A stretch of 64,000 nucleotides of DNA from Lama glama (taxonomy: Eukaryota): contig CM052817.1 in NCBI GenBank assembly GCA_028534125.1, positions 42,906,001 to 42,970,000 on the forward strand, read 5' to 3'. Every line of letters begins with the position of its first letter. Positions within the stretch are counted from its first letter, which is position 1. A model generated the notes under the pieces. That model did not search any database. It was not told where the DNA came from and worked only from the letters and a program-made list of their open reading frames with translations. Both the position numbers and the translations under genes were made by a program. Below are positions 14,550 through 27,271 of this stretch, one piece after another.

Positions 14550-15670
14550 CTTCTAGTTTTCAGTCCAGTTTCCAAGAAGCTTGGAAGTCACCACTCTGTC
14601 CTAACAAGTTAAAAGCTAAACAAACCAAAAAGTCAGCAACTCTTCTCAGGTCTGTAAAAGAAGTGAGGTCACAGGGCAAACCACTGGCCCCCAAACTAGA
14701 GACTCCAAAAAGCAAATACAATCACAGTTTACAGCAGCAGAAACCCCTGAGCTGAAACCACAGGAATCAGGGCTGGAGTAGGAAAACCTGAACTGTAACG
14801 GACAAATTGCTGTAAACTCGGATTAAAAACTCCAGAGGACCCTGTGGTTTCAGAGTGGGGCACACTTTGTGAATTTTACCTACAAGAATCTTACCAGGTC
14901 CTCAAAGTAAATAATGGGGAAAAAAATCCTGAACTTCCAGCAGGAAGAGTGGAAAAGGAACCATTTTGAAGTCAGAACACTCTGTTCTTTTCTTCTTTTT
15001 AATAACAAGTCCTGACCTCAGGAGAAACTAGGTAACCAGAGCCCAATCAGCTGGGGTTTTATCAGAGCCTAACTGACCTCGGGGAAGTGAAATACTCAAC
15101 TCCAGTCCAGTCTTGCCGTGCTGTCTCACCTGAGGTTTTGGTGGTGGGGAGTGAGAAGAATTTGTGAAGTGCCACAGTCTAGAGGTACAGGATCACTAAA
15201 GGACCGAGACCTAATCATAAGACTATATAACACGTCCCCTCTCCCATACTTCACCACCTCATTACAAATATGCCTATTTACAGCACTATAAATCAGAAAC
15301 TTGAAACTACATAAATGTTAGAAGAAGTCTTTTAGGGAGAAGAAAAATTATATAAATCAGAAACTTCAAACTACATAAAGAAAAAAAGAGCATCAGAGAA
15401 AGAATAAGTGAAGGTAAAATAAAAACTTTCATTTTCTAATTCTTAATTTATCTAACAGACAACTGTTTGTTCAAACTAATAATAGTAACAATCTATTCTA
15501 TTATGTATGTTTACATATATAGATATATATGTATAAGTGAAATGAATGAATGATACAGGGGATGGGAGGGAGAAATTAAGATTATTTTGTTATAAAGTAC
15601 TCACACTACCTGTGAGGCAGTACAGTTTTATATGAAAGTGGACTTGGATTAGTTATAAATGTATATCCAG
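14550..15670 (+). mobile_element. Old L1 5' UTR joined to inter-ORF region (ORF1 largely deleted)
   Basis: More GC-rich L1MC/MD-like 5' end (agcttggaagtcaccactctgtcctaacaag...) followed from ~15315 by the ORF1-end/inter-ORF motif agaagtcttttagggagaagaaaaa...gaaagtggacttggattag. Confidence 0.7.
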
Positions 15671-16039
15671 AATGAGCTTTTTGGACAAGAATTCATCTGG
15701 TATACACACTGTATTGAGCCAGGGTCAAGACGTGATAAGACTTGGCCATGGACTCCACCAGAATTTTGCAAAAGCTGATGGGAATTGGTGAGGGGGGTGG
15801 TTGTCGGGGGCAAGACATTCCAGCTGGGGATTCTCCTGGCATGTTCAGGGACTTTGACTAGTATATTCTCTGGGACCAGGACTAAGAAGAAATCACATTT
15901 GGTTGGGGCCCATGGTGTCAGGGACAAGGAGATGGCTTATGTGTCTCTGACACTGGTACACATAAGGGGATTGAGCAAACAAATATGTATATTGTGGTTG
16001 ATGAAAGCCAGATTTTCTCTACAAATACTCACTAATTAC

Positions 16040-16772
16040 TTATTTTTTAATAAGTACAAAATATTTTTATAGTGGAAAAGCTTGGCAGAGAACACTTTAA
16101 TCAAGTACTCAAAAGTGGGCATCACCAGTAATGGAAAATCCTAGCAGAGTATACCTCTTGATGTTAGATGCTGAAAAAATACACATCATTTCTGTTGTAT
16201 TCCTTCTTAATACTCATAACCTGTTCAATAAATTTAATCATAAAGAAATCTCAAACTAACCTAAATGGGGGATGGGGCATTCTACAAAGTAACTGGCCCC
16301 TACTTTTCAAACACGTCAAGGTCATAAAAGACAATGAAAGACTAAGGAACTGTTCAGGACTGGAGGAGACTTAAGAGACATGAAAACTAACTACAATACA
16401 TGATTCTCAATTGGATCTTGAATCTCTAAAGGATCTAATTGGAACAAAAGGTGAAATTTGAATCGGTTCTGTGGATTAGATGGTGGAATTATATTAAAGC
16501 TAATTTCCTGATTTTTGAAGATTATACTGTGGTTGCATGGGGAAATGCCCTTGTCTTTGGGAAATATACACTGAAATATTAAGAGGCTATATCAGGAGCA
16601 ATTTCAAATGGTTCAGAAATAAATAGTAATGATGTAAAATAGAGAATGAGGGAAATATGATAAAATGTTAATATTTGTGGAAGTTAGGGAAAGGATACAT
16701 GGGAGTTTATTTTGCTTTTCTTGCAACTTTTCTATGAGTGTGAAATAATTTCCAAATAAAACATTTTTAAAA
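16040..16772 (+). mobile_element. L1MC-type 3' UTR
   Basis: catcaccagtaatgg; aaggtcataaaagacaatgaaagactaaggaactgttc; ttgcaacttttctatgagtgtgaaataatttccaaataaaa. Confidence 0.85.
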
Positions 16773-16964
16773 GGACACAGTATATACTGAATATATTGAA
16801 AAATATATTGTAAAAGCTTATTAGCCAAATAAATGACAAGACATAGAAAATACAGTAGAGGCCCCATACAAAATTACTGTGATTACCAGAATGATTGTAT
16901 TCTTCAAAGTTTTTTTTGATGCCAGAAATGAATACTTATGTGTGCAAAACTTAAGAAAAAAATT

Positions 16965-17150
16965 ATTAGAGAGTGTAAGGTAAAGAACACTGAACTAGAA
17001 ATTAGGAGCCCTGAGGCTTAAATCTCTGACAATCTCCAGTTTAGTGCCTCATGATAGTCATGTACTTTCTTGAGCCTCAAGCTTACTTAGTTATAAAGTG
17101 AGTGATTGAACCATATAGTCCCTTTTATTTCTAAAATTCTATGATTCAAC
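16965..17150 (+). mobile_element. MIR (MIR3/MIRc-like)
   Basis: aagaacactgaactagaaattagg; tgagcctcaa; tail ttctaaaattctatgattc. Confidence 0.7.
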
Positions 17151-19698
17151 TTCCTCCAACTAATGGCTTAAATCAAATGACTACAACCTAAATATCAACT
17201 AAGCATTTGACTAAGCACAAACCAATGATAAAGCTTGTTGGACTACTATTTTCAGATGATCTTGAGTTTATTTGATAATATAGGGGAAAAATCTAAAAAT
17301 ACTTTCATATATAAATGTGTCTAGTTGGTTGTTTAAGATTAAACATTCTTCCTTGTTTCTTAATATATAATAGAAGAATCATGGCCTGAGTTGAATTTCC
17401 AATAATTGCCTGAATCAAGTCTTTGAAAAAGTGATTATCACATAGATCATATTTTCCTTCTTAACCCTTTAGTCCATTCTGAATTCAATTAGCATAGCCC
17501 ATTAGGAAATTATACTAACAAACTCATGAGTTCATCTTCAGATGACTCAGGAAACCTTACCCCCTTGCCAGCCACCTGATATATGCTTGTCATTGGTCAC
17601 AAGGTCAATTGAGGGATCATGTGTGGATATATCATTGCAAATTCATCACCAATATAAAAATAATTCACAAAGCATATCCAATCCATAATGGGCTAGTAAC
17701 ATCATTTTTCTGTAGGAACACAGGACATCAAATTAAGTTTGATCATATGTTATTAATCTGAAAATCTCAAAATCCTCCTCTTTAAGTTCATACTCAGCTC
17801 AAATTTTAAATCCCTGCCGCTACCTTTTGTGGTGCCTTTTAGTGATAAATACCTCCTTAGCTTTGTTACTCTTTTGAGCAGAAGTGGGAGGCATAAAATC
17901 TGAAATGCATGTGCTTCTGGTTCTTCCAAATTTGTAACCTAGGAGAAGGCACTCACCTTTTCAGTCGCCCCCGTGTTGTTGTGTTGGCAATCCAATACAC
18001 AAAGACACTGCTGTTAGACAAATTCCTCTGACTGATCATGACACTTATATGCTCATCACATTTTCACGAGTACAATAACTTACCTAAAGCTGAATTTTTA
18101 AACAGGATATTCACATGTTCAAAAGTTATATATTTTACCAGCTTACTAGCCAAAGAAATGAAGAAACAAACACGTGATTTGACATTCACTCTGAATCTTC
18201 TAAAGTAATCTCTTTGAAATGCTCCCTTCTGAAAGTGATCGCTAATGTGAGTAAATATTGGAAATCAAAAGGCAATGTATTTACATGAAGCAGCTCCATA
18301 ATACCCTAAGTAGTATGGTAATGGACAATCCACAGCACAAACCTCTACACTGAAGGAACATAATCTGCAAGAAGCCAGGCTCTGGAAACTGGCAGAGCCC
18401 TCAGATGAACAGAGGATGACTTGGTGATTGGTTATCTGGAACATAGTTCAAATGAGTTTGGGTTCTCATTCCCACTTTGTCAGAAGAATGCCAAGAGACA
18501 AGCATATAAAAAAGGAAAGATCTCATTGTGCTTGAATATTACATTAACCTATGAGCACCAGTGCTCCCTTGGTCAGCTTTTTCAGGGCTTGCTGGAGCCT
18601 CAGCTCTGCTGACCTGGTAGGTCTGATTATGAATGATCAATGTGCCTATTTGCAATAAAACTCTTTGCACAGATCTGGACCCTCAGCCCTTATTCAGTCA
18701 TGCAGATAATAACGGCAGTCAAGGCACTTGCCCATAACTCCAAGCTTCATTAAACAAAGGGAATGTCACCAAAAGTTCCTTTAACTGTCTTTTTGCTGCT
18801 AGGCAGGGAAAAATTGGCCATTCTGAGAAAATGGAATTTACAATGTTAATAAAACAAAGATTTGTATATCCCGGTGCTCTCTTTTGTACATTCTTGAGAT
18901 AAAATCCACCGCGTTAGTGGGGAGCAGAGTGAGAAATGTGAACAAAGGATGCTGTGTACTTGAGGTCAGATTCTGCTTCAATGGAAATATTTCAATGGAA
19001 TTTTCAGGTCTGTGACTGGGAATGGGGTGTTGCCACTCCTCTTCATTCATTACAGACACAACTGGTGTTAGGCTGGTGTTTCAAAGGTTTGGAGGTAGGG
19101 GAAGAATGGTTGGGGAGGCTCCAGAGGTGTGCAGTGTGGACTTGAAAAGAGGGTCCCTCTGTGGTACATAGAGGCATAATGAAGTCTGTCTATTTTCTGG
19201 TCTCCGGAAGGGTGTAAAGTTTTGGCTACCCATTTTCTCAGGACAAACATGTTAACAAGTCACTGTTGTTTGGGAGAAGTGTCAACTACAAAACTTCTAA
19301 TAAGGGATGGCCATCTAAGACACAGTCACCTGTGCAACACCTTCTTCCTCATGTTCCTCACATGAATTCACAGTCCACCATACACCTTTGTCATCACTCC
19401 TGCATCACCCTAATGCATATGTTAGTCTCCCTACCTGTTTAGAATACTCAGTCATCTTTTTTCATATTCTTCTCTTTAACTTAAAGCTAGGCTTTCAGGC
19501 CATAGTTTATTTTTTTCTTTCTGCCTGAATAACCTGCTATGATTTAAAACTCACAGGGAAATGCAGTTTTGAATGTCAAAACAACCATAGTCAAAGTTTA
19601 GATTCCTTCAAAATCAACAAAATGGCTATTTCTGGATAATAGTTGATACCTGCACTTCAACTCTTAGGCAATACCAATTCAAGAAACATGTCAACAAT

Positions 19699-20195
19699 GG
19701 AACCCTTGTGCACTGTTGGTGGGAATGTAAATTGGTACAGCCACTATGAAAAAGAGTATGGAGATTCCTTTAAAAATTAAAAATAGAATCACCATACAAT
19801 CTGGCAGTTCCACTTCTGGGTATTTTTCCAAAGAAAACAAGAACATTAACTCAAAAAGTTATATGCACCCCCCCCATGTTCGCTGCAGCATTATTTACAA
19901 TAGCGAAGATGTAGAAGCAATCTAAGTGTATATCAAATGATAAATGAATAAAGAAAACGTAGTATCTATATACAATGGTATATTATTCAGCCATTAAAAA
20001 GAATGAAATCTTACCATTTGCAACAACATGGATGGACCTTGAGGACATTATGCTAAATGAAATAAGTCAGACAAAGAAAGACAAATATCATATGATCTCA
20101 TTTATATATGAAATCCTACACACACACAAGAAAGATACAGAGAACAGATTAATGGTTGCCAAAGATTGGGGGGCTAGTGGGTAGGCAAAATGAGT
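19699..20195 (+). mobile_element. L1 3' end (ORF2 C-terminus and 3' UTR)
   Basis: ggaacccttgtgcactgttggtgggaatgtaaattggtacagccactatg; ORF 19975-20184 (YYSAIKKNEILPFATTWMDLEDIMLNEISQ) is the familiar L1 3'-end translation. Confidence 0.95.
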
Positions 20196-20659
20196 ACAGC
20201 TCAGACCTTATGTCTACTTTTTATGAGTCAAAGCAGGAACAAATATTTTCAAACGATTGAGAACAAAAATCTGCCTGTGGTCTGAGGTATATGTATATGG
20301 CCATGTAGAACATAGTAAGACCAGTTGTTTCATGGTAATTCACTACTAAATGCTAAGAAAATGGACTCCAAGTTTTCTTGCCCAGTCAAAAGTTGACTGG
20401 TGAGCAACTTGCACACAGCAGTGGTCTGCAGAGCAGCCCTCTTTGCAAGCAAACAGCTTTCCCCTTTGAGTTCCTTTCAGACTTTTAGAACTGTATGAAT
20501 ATCTGCTCATGCAAAGCCCAGCACTTATTTATGTCTCCAAGTCACCCTGCAATAATTGTATGGGAAAGAAAATGTGGGAAAGGTCCAAAACAAAGGGGAG
20601 AAGGGATGGATGTGGTAATTTAAATGGTAATGAAATAAAAAGCATGGAGAAATACTATT

Positions 20660-21060
20660 CCCAAAATGCCCTCCTGAAAAAGAGGTCACACAAAGAATAA
20701 CTGAAAGACCCAAATATGACTGGCTCAAAGGAAAAACTAAGGGAAGAGATTAGAGTTGCATTCAAACATTTGAAGGTCATTTACAGATGGGGAATGTAGA
20801 TTTGCCCTGTGTTTATCTAAAGGTCAGAAATGGGATTAAATGGGTGAAAGTTGTCAAGTAGGAGATTTTGTCTCAACCTAAGAAAAGAACTTTGAATCAC
20901 TAAAACTACCAAACTGTGGCTTGCTCAGGAGGTGATGTACACCCGATGACCATCTATGAGAGATGCTTCAGGAGAAGGTGTTAATGAAATGGGTGAGAGA
21001 TTTTTCTTAGATGATTTTTTTTAAATACTTCAGACTTTAAGAACTCTATAACTCTATGAT
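20660..21060 (+). mobile_element. L3/CR1 LINE 3' end
   Basis: ttcaaacatttgaagg...gatttgccctgtgt...aggtcagaaatggg...aatgggtgaaagtt...ggagattttgtctcaacctaagaaaagaacttt and terminal ctctataactctatgat match the recalled L3 3' consensus. Confidence 0.75.
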
Positions 21061-21739
21061 GAGTTGGGAGCTAAGAAAGTTTGTGAAGTGAGTAAACAAA
21101 TAAAAAGCTTAACATGCCTTTATTTACTCATCTTCAAGGCAGACTCGAGTCCTGATTGGTATTTTCAGTAGGGCTTACATATGTGTCTCTTAACTAGTAA
21201 TATGATATGAACTTTAATTTCATGAACTTTAATTAACCTTGTTTAAAGAAAATTGAAGAAAAGTCAAGAAATGACAGAGTACTATTCTATAAAGTGATTT
21301 CATCTGTGAACACTCTCTATGGCATTAAGATGTCAAGGTATAAGTTACATATTTTCTTGGCTGTTTGGAAAAGTTTGATCTTCTCAATTCAGTTTCAGTA
21401 AGAGTAGCCCATTGTTCTAATTTTAAAGCTCATGGATAAGAAATTTATCTTCCTCTTTCCTCCCACACTCTTCCAAGGCCTGAAAAGCTTCTGCCCAATA
21501 TCATCTATTCAAACTGAAAGACTGAGCAATTCAAAGCTCCCACTTAGGGCCTTGTGCTTTGGTCCAGCTGTATAATCCTCTTGTGGCTTCTGTGATTCAG
21601 TCTGTTCTGATACACCTCCCACCAGCTGGAATACGTCTTTAGGATTAGAGTTTCTTTTCCATTATTTTTAATCCAGGCAGTTTACAGTTTGTTCTGTTTT
21701 GTTTTGAACCCTGTATTATTAGGTCCTTGGCCTACTGGG

Positions 21740-21900
21740 ATTTATTTCAGTATATTTCTACTAGATTATAAATGCTTGTAGATGGAATTGTTCATCATGG
21801 TAGGTAGGAGCCATTCACGTTTTAGTCTTTTTGTATTTTCCGTAGCATTTAGCACAATGCCTTGCACACAATAGGTGTTCAGCCAAGGTATGTGAAATTC
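21740..21900 (+). mobile_element. L2 3' end
   Basis: ctagattataaatgcttg...agcatttagcacaatgccttgcacacaataggtgttca. Confidence 0.7.
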
Positions 21901-23429
21901 AATTATTCTTTATTTTTCCCGCCTAAGAAAGTATTGCCTAAAAAAGTAAAACAATGCTGAAATGATGACATTTGTAAAATATCATGCACAAAAATAATCT
22001 TTTGGTACTTTTCATTCATTTCAACAGTAATTGACCAATTTACTATTGACATCTACTAAGAAATTTTAAGTATCTGATCATCTACCATTCAAAATCAACA
22101 ACTTTAGTTTTCCGGAATGAAAGAAGGAAAAAAGCCTGACTGAAGAGAGTAAAATCAGCTTTTGAGCAACTTCATGATTTCCCTACATAAACACTGTATT
22201 ATTGACTTACTAAATATTTTCAACAGAAAGAAATCTTAGCAACTAACAAGTCCAACTTCCTGAAGTGAAAGACAGACTATTATATGTTAAGGAAATGACT
22301 TGTTTTGTTTTTAAACAAGAAAACCAAACTCTTGGCTAGACTTTTAAAAAGCAAAGATAGGGCAATGTTTTAGGGATGGCAGAAAAGGTATAAAGGGGCA
22401 GAAGCTTTCTTCCCTTTCTCGGGAAGTCCAGTAGATGTTGACAGTCCCTACTGGCATAGCCTGAATTTCTGCTGTGGTGGAATTCGATCAGTGGGTAACA
22501 GATAATTATGATGTATGGAAGACACTTACTACTTCTCTTGTTTCCATCTAGAAGAGGACATTTTCACTCTATTCCCCAGGGAGCAAACCATGGAAGAGGT
22601 ATTCAAGCTCTCCTTCAACTCACTCCTCTTATGGGATGTGTGATTGATCTAATTGATAAATTTGGGAGAAGTAATTGAGTCCATTTGGCTCAGCATCTTC
22701 TGGGTCCATCTCTTTCAGAGCCTATCTGACTGCAGGATGCAAGCTTCTGGGCCTCTTCTCCCATGTGATAGCTTAGCAGCTCTAGACCTACCTTTGCAAG
22801 GGGGAGCATATAGTTCTGAGAAGAGAAAGGTTAAAATCAGATGATATATTAGCAAGCCCTCTCTGGCCATAAATCTAAAGTAATATTCACTAATTCAGCT
22901 ATTACGAATAAGAAGGATTTTATGTGTCTGAATCCCATGTCCCATCTCTCAGTTGTTTCAAAATCTGCAAGAAGAAAGAGATGAACAGAACAGAAAAAGT
23001 CTCAAATTTTAACCTCGTGCATTAAAGAATTATAATTATAGGCTATCCTTTGAAATTATAATGATTTTAAGACCAATACAAAAAATTAATAGGTAAATCA
23101 GCCTCCAAGTTTTCAACATTAAAATAATCTGTATTCTATGTTTATACTGTGTTCCTTTTAATAAAACAGAAAAATTTGAACTGTTATTGCTACACTTGGT
23201 ATCCATTTCTTGTGAAGGAAATTCGTATTGGCCAGTACATTAAATATATAGAAAAATTTATAATTTGTGGCTGTGGACAGCAGAATAATCTCATCAGCTT
23301 ATTCATGCTAGCCTTATAATGAGCATTATTTCTCTTGGTATGAGAGACATTATTCCCAGGCACACCACATCTGAAACATAACCATATACTCAACCATCAT
23401 ATCAAATAGTATTTTGGGATGGTTTTCAA

Positions 23430-23620
23430 AATATTTTCACTCGTATTCTTTTATTCAACCCTTTCAACAGCACCATGAATTGAGAAAGGCAAGTAGTTTA
23501 TCTATATTTTAACACTGAAAAAATTCACAGAGATTATGTGACTTCTTAAATTTACTCCACCAGTAGCAAGCTGATACTAGTATCCAAGTGTCCTGCCTCC
23601 TATTCCTACACAATTTTTGT
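23430..23620 (-). mobile_element. MIR
   Basis: ttattcaaccctttcaacagcaccatga...attttaacactgaaaaaattcacagagattatgtgactt. Confidence 0.65.
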
Positions 23621-23855
23621 ATATTTATTATATTCTCATTATTGTACATACTAATAAGGGCAGCATTAATTGTAAGTGATTAAAACTGTATGATTTGTTC
23701 TTTGTTTGGCTGCCAAGAGCATATTAATTCAATGTAATTAAAAATATTTATTAAGTATCCAGCACATGGTTTAGCAAATAACAACAACAATGAAAACAAT
23801 AATAATAATAATGGAAGGCTCTAAATGTGTTAGGATCTAAGAATGAATGGATAGA

Positions 23856-24463
23856 TGGAAAGCCCAGGGGCAGCGTCAGCCTCCCCATGGTCAGGTTAGG
23901 TAATGTTCGAACTTCACCCTAACAGGGAACACCTGTGCTGAGCGGAGGTGGCTCTAGAGATCCCCCACGCACACAGAAGTTTTCCGGAATCCTGAGCTTG
24001 GAGAGGTTCCACCAACGTTCGGCAGCGCATGGGTTCTAACAGAATCCCTTAGCTCGTCTCCCCTGAGTGTTTTCCTAAGGCAGGCTGCCAGGGAAGGATA
24101 GGGGTATGTGCTGGAAAGCCCAGGGGCAGCAGCTGCATCCCATGGGCAGGGTAGGTAATTTTCGGACTTCACCCTAACAGGGAACACCTGTGTCTCCAGA
24201 CAGATGCACGGAGGGGGCTCTCGAGCTCCCACACGCACACAGAAGGGATCCGGAATCCTGAGTGTGGGGAGGTTCCACCAACGGTCGGCAGCGCGAGGGT
24301 TCTAACAGAATCCCTTAGCTCGTCTCCCCTTAGTGTTTTCCTAAGTTGGGCTGTTAGGGAAGGGTTGGCGGTTGTGCTGGAAATCCCAGGGGCAGCGGCT
24401 ACCTCCCCATGGGCAGGGTAGGTAATTTTCGGGCTTCACCCAAACAGGGGCCACCTGTGACTC
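23856..24463. repeat. Satellite-like tandem array, ~2.3 copies of a 256-266-bp GC/CpG-rich monomer
   Basis: Monomer starts ggaaa(g/t)cccaggggcagc at 23857, 24113 and 24379 (periods 256 and 266; copy 1 has a ~11-bp deletion). Shared blocks such as ttctaacagaatcccttagctcgtctcccc. About 22 CpGs by hand count. Confidence 0.92.
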
Positions 24464-24734
24464 AATGGATGGATAGACGGATGGATAAATATGCAATTGA
24501 GGCAAAAAGAGAAGAATAAGATGTAACTCCTAAGGAGGACAAATGTCGTAATACACAAACAGTTAGAACTCATGACAATATATGCTGTAACAGAGACAGG
24601 TACATTGTGCTAGGAGAACAGATGACAGAACAAGTCATTGTGCCACGTTTTGAGATTATTCTACAACTGTTGCACCACAGACCCATTGAAATGTTCTTTA
24701 TGTTGTAAAGAAAAGAACTGGAGGTAATGGAGCA

Positions 24735-25640
24735 TGAAAGGCCCATTGTCAGAATTTTTCAAAGAAAAATACCTTAGAATCCACAAAAATCAACAAAGAA
24801 TCTAGGAATTTTAAACCTCAAAGAACCGAAATGAAAAACCCAGCCCTACATGTTTTTATTAAAGCAGTGACATCCAGATGGGATAGAGGGCAGAAGGGAG
24901 ATGCATAACGCCATGTACATGTATATTTTGTAGTAAAAGAAAGCATTGAACCAAAGCATTAACCAGACACATTTCTAACCTTGACATGAGTTGCTGATGA
25001 AATGGCCCTTAGGATAAACAGCACAATTGGCCTTATTTTGACCTAAGTCAGCAGGGGCTTTTAGCAACAGTTCAGTCATATAAATGCCCTCTTGAACAAG
25101 AACAGAGCACATTGTTCAAGTTGTTCAAACAGGGCTGGCAGGTCAGTAACTGACACAAGAGAACTTGGGCAGAGGGAGAACAGGAAGAGGATCTCTTTCA
25201 GGAGTGGTGAGTGCTAAGGGGATTTAACAGAATGAAAGGAAACTGTTCTGGGAAAAATAGTATCTGAATCCAAAATACTTTGGCACTTTAATCGAATATG
25301 CTGCTTAGGGAAAAGGCAGTCTGCACCCCAACACCTGCTGGACCTAATGGACTCTGAAATGTTGTTTCAGAATTAATCAAGTCATTTAAAATCATAGCTG
25401 CAGTCTCCATTCACTACTCCTGTGCATAAATGTGCTGATCCCGATACTAATCCATGTCGGGTGACTTGAGCAATATATCACCATAATTGCCATTTTAGGG
25501 CTGCAAATTGGAGCTAAAATAACCAGATGCAAAAGAGATGGCCGTATCATACTCTCAAGATGGATCTTCAAAGTTCAAGGAGAGTTCAAGCATGGAAGAG
25601 GCAATAGAAAGGGGTCAAGTGTAAGGGGATTGTTCATGTT
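24735..25640 (+). mobile_element. Possible highly eroded CR1/L3-clade reverse-transcriptase region
   Basis: Colinear DNA-level echoes of CR1 ORF2 motifs PLxxIF, YLDFSKAFDTV, SVLG, KFADDTK, QxDL, KCKV; no ORF left. Confidence 0.4.
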
Positions 25641-26279
25641 CAAGAGGAATTAACTTTACAAATATATTGTTTCTGAGGTGGTAATTGTCCCATCTTACAG
25701 TTATTCATACCTCATTTACTCGTTGCATTCTTCTCAAGCATTTAATGAAATGAATTTGATTTTGACAAAATATTCTATTTCAAAATTGCCATTAATTTTC
25801 AAGATTTTTTTATTCTCCTCTAAATTATCTGTTTTAAAGGGATAGAGACTAAATTTGGGAAATCTAATATTTCCCTAGCTAATCTTCTGGCAAGACTCCA
25901 TGTCAGTTTTAGATATTTCCTCTCTAGCTTAGTCAATTAAATCATTGAACTAAAAAAAGTCACCAGCATCTCCAACATTCCAAATTCAAAAAACCAGGAA
26001 AGAGTTCCATCCCATTTGAGTAAGATGAAGGCAGTTTTCTAGTTTATCTGTCACAGTTTCTCACCTAGAGGACTGTAAAAGTATGCAACTAACAGCTTAC
26101 TGTATAGTTATTTGTTTGTATAAATATTGAGACAGATTTGGAAAGTTGGTAGCAAAAAACTCCTATGACTATTTCAGCATCAAAGTTGCTAGAAATGCCA
26201 TTCATACATTAGCTTTGATCAAATCACCATTCCCTTGATATCTTTAGAAATCACCATAGAAAGGAAGCACAATATACTA

Positions 26280-26800
26280 CCTCTATTTCAAAATCTAAAC
26301 CTGTTAACATAGCACTAAGGATCTTCACAATCTGAAGCCTAAATCTAAACCTATCTGTTTAACACCTCTTCCTCACAAGCCCTTTCACAGTAGCTTCTGC
26401 CACAACACATGGCTCATTGTTATTCAAAGAACAAAGTTTGTTTAATCCTCCCCTCATTTTCAAATGCTCTTTTCTGTATAGGACATATTTGTTTCCCCTT
26501 TGTCTCTAGCTGGTATGGTTATAGTTACTCTTTAATACCCAGCTGAAATGTCATCATCTTTGTCTCACTAGCCATCCCGATAAAGGGCAGATAGTTCTTT
26601 TCTTGTTTCTTTTTTTTTCTTTTGATTTCCTGTAGTGAAGAATGCGAGCCTCCACTGCAATTACTTATCACAACATATTATACATATTATAGATATTGTT
26701 TTTGTGTCTATCACCTTCAATTACATTATGAGATAATAAAGTAAATAGACTAATTTTTATAATTGTTTCAATAATATACTAAATGTAGGTAAAAGCCATT
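26280..26800 (+). mobile_element. L2 fragment
   Basis: aaaatctaaacctgttaacatagcactaaggatcttcacaatctg; tactctttaatacccagctgaaatgtcatc; acttatcaca. Confidence 0.65.
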
Positions 26801-27271
26801 TGTAAAATTATAAAGCAATGTTAAAATTGGAGTTGTCTTGCTATTATTATTTCTCACAGTAAGTAATATATACCAATGTATCATACATATTTCTTTGGGA
26901 CTATTCTAGCAACCGTCAGGATAAAATATTTGAAGAAATAATGGTCAAAATTATTCAAAATTTGGTGAAATTATAAATCTTCCATTCTAAGAGATTAAAT
27001 TAAACACAAGCAGAATAAACACAAATAAAACATCAAGGCATATCATAATTAAATTGCTGAAAACTAAGAGACAATTATAAATATAGCCAGTGAAAAAGGA
27101 CACGTTACACAAAACAGGGGAACAAAGATAAGAATAACTTCAAATGTCAAAAACAAGGCAAGCCAAAAGACAATTCAATGACATTTTTAAAGTTCTGAAA
27201 GAAAAAAATAGTAAACTTAGAATTCTATATCTGGGAATAACATCTTCAAAAAAGAGGATAAAAAATAAAGC

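Noticed and set aside
22530..22547. Possible 18-nt minus-strand microexon (cttctag|ATGGAAACAAGAGAAGTA|gtaagt)
   Set aside because: Short pyrimidine tract and no supporting context; such matches are expected by chance in 64 kb.
23954..24238. 94-aa ORF in the GC-rich island
   Set aside because: Lies wholly within the satellite monomers.
23856..24463. CRISPR array, interstitial telomere or CENP-B box in the tandem repeat
   Set aside because: No unique spacers or cas genes in this mammalian DNA; only isolated TTAGGG/CCCTAA hexamers; no TTCGnnnnAnnCGGG match on either strand by eye.
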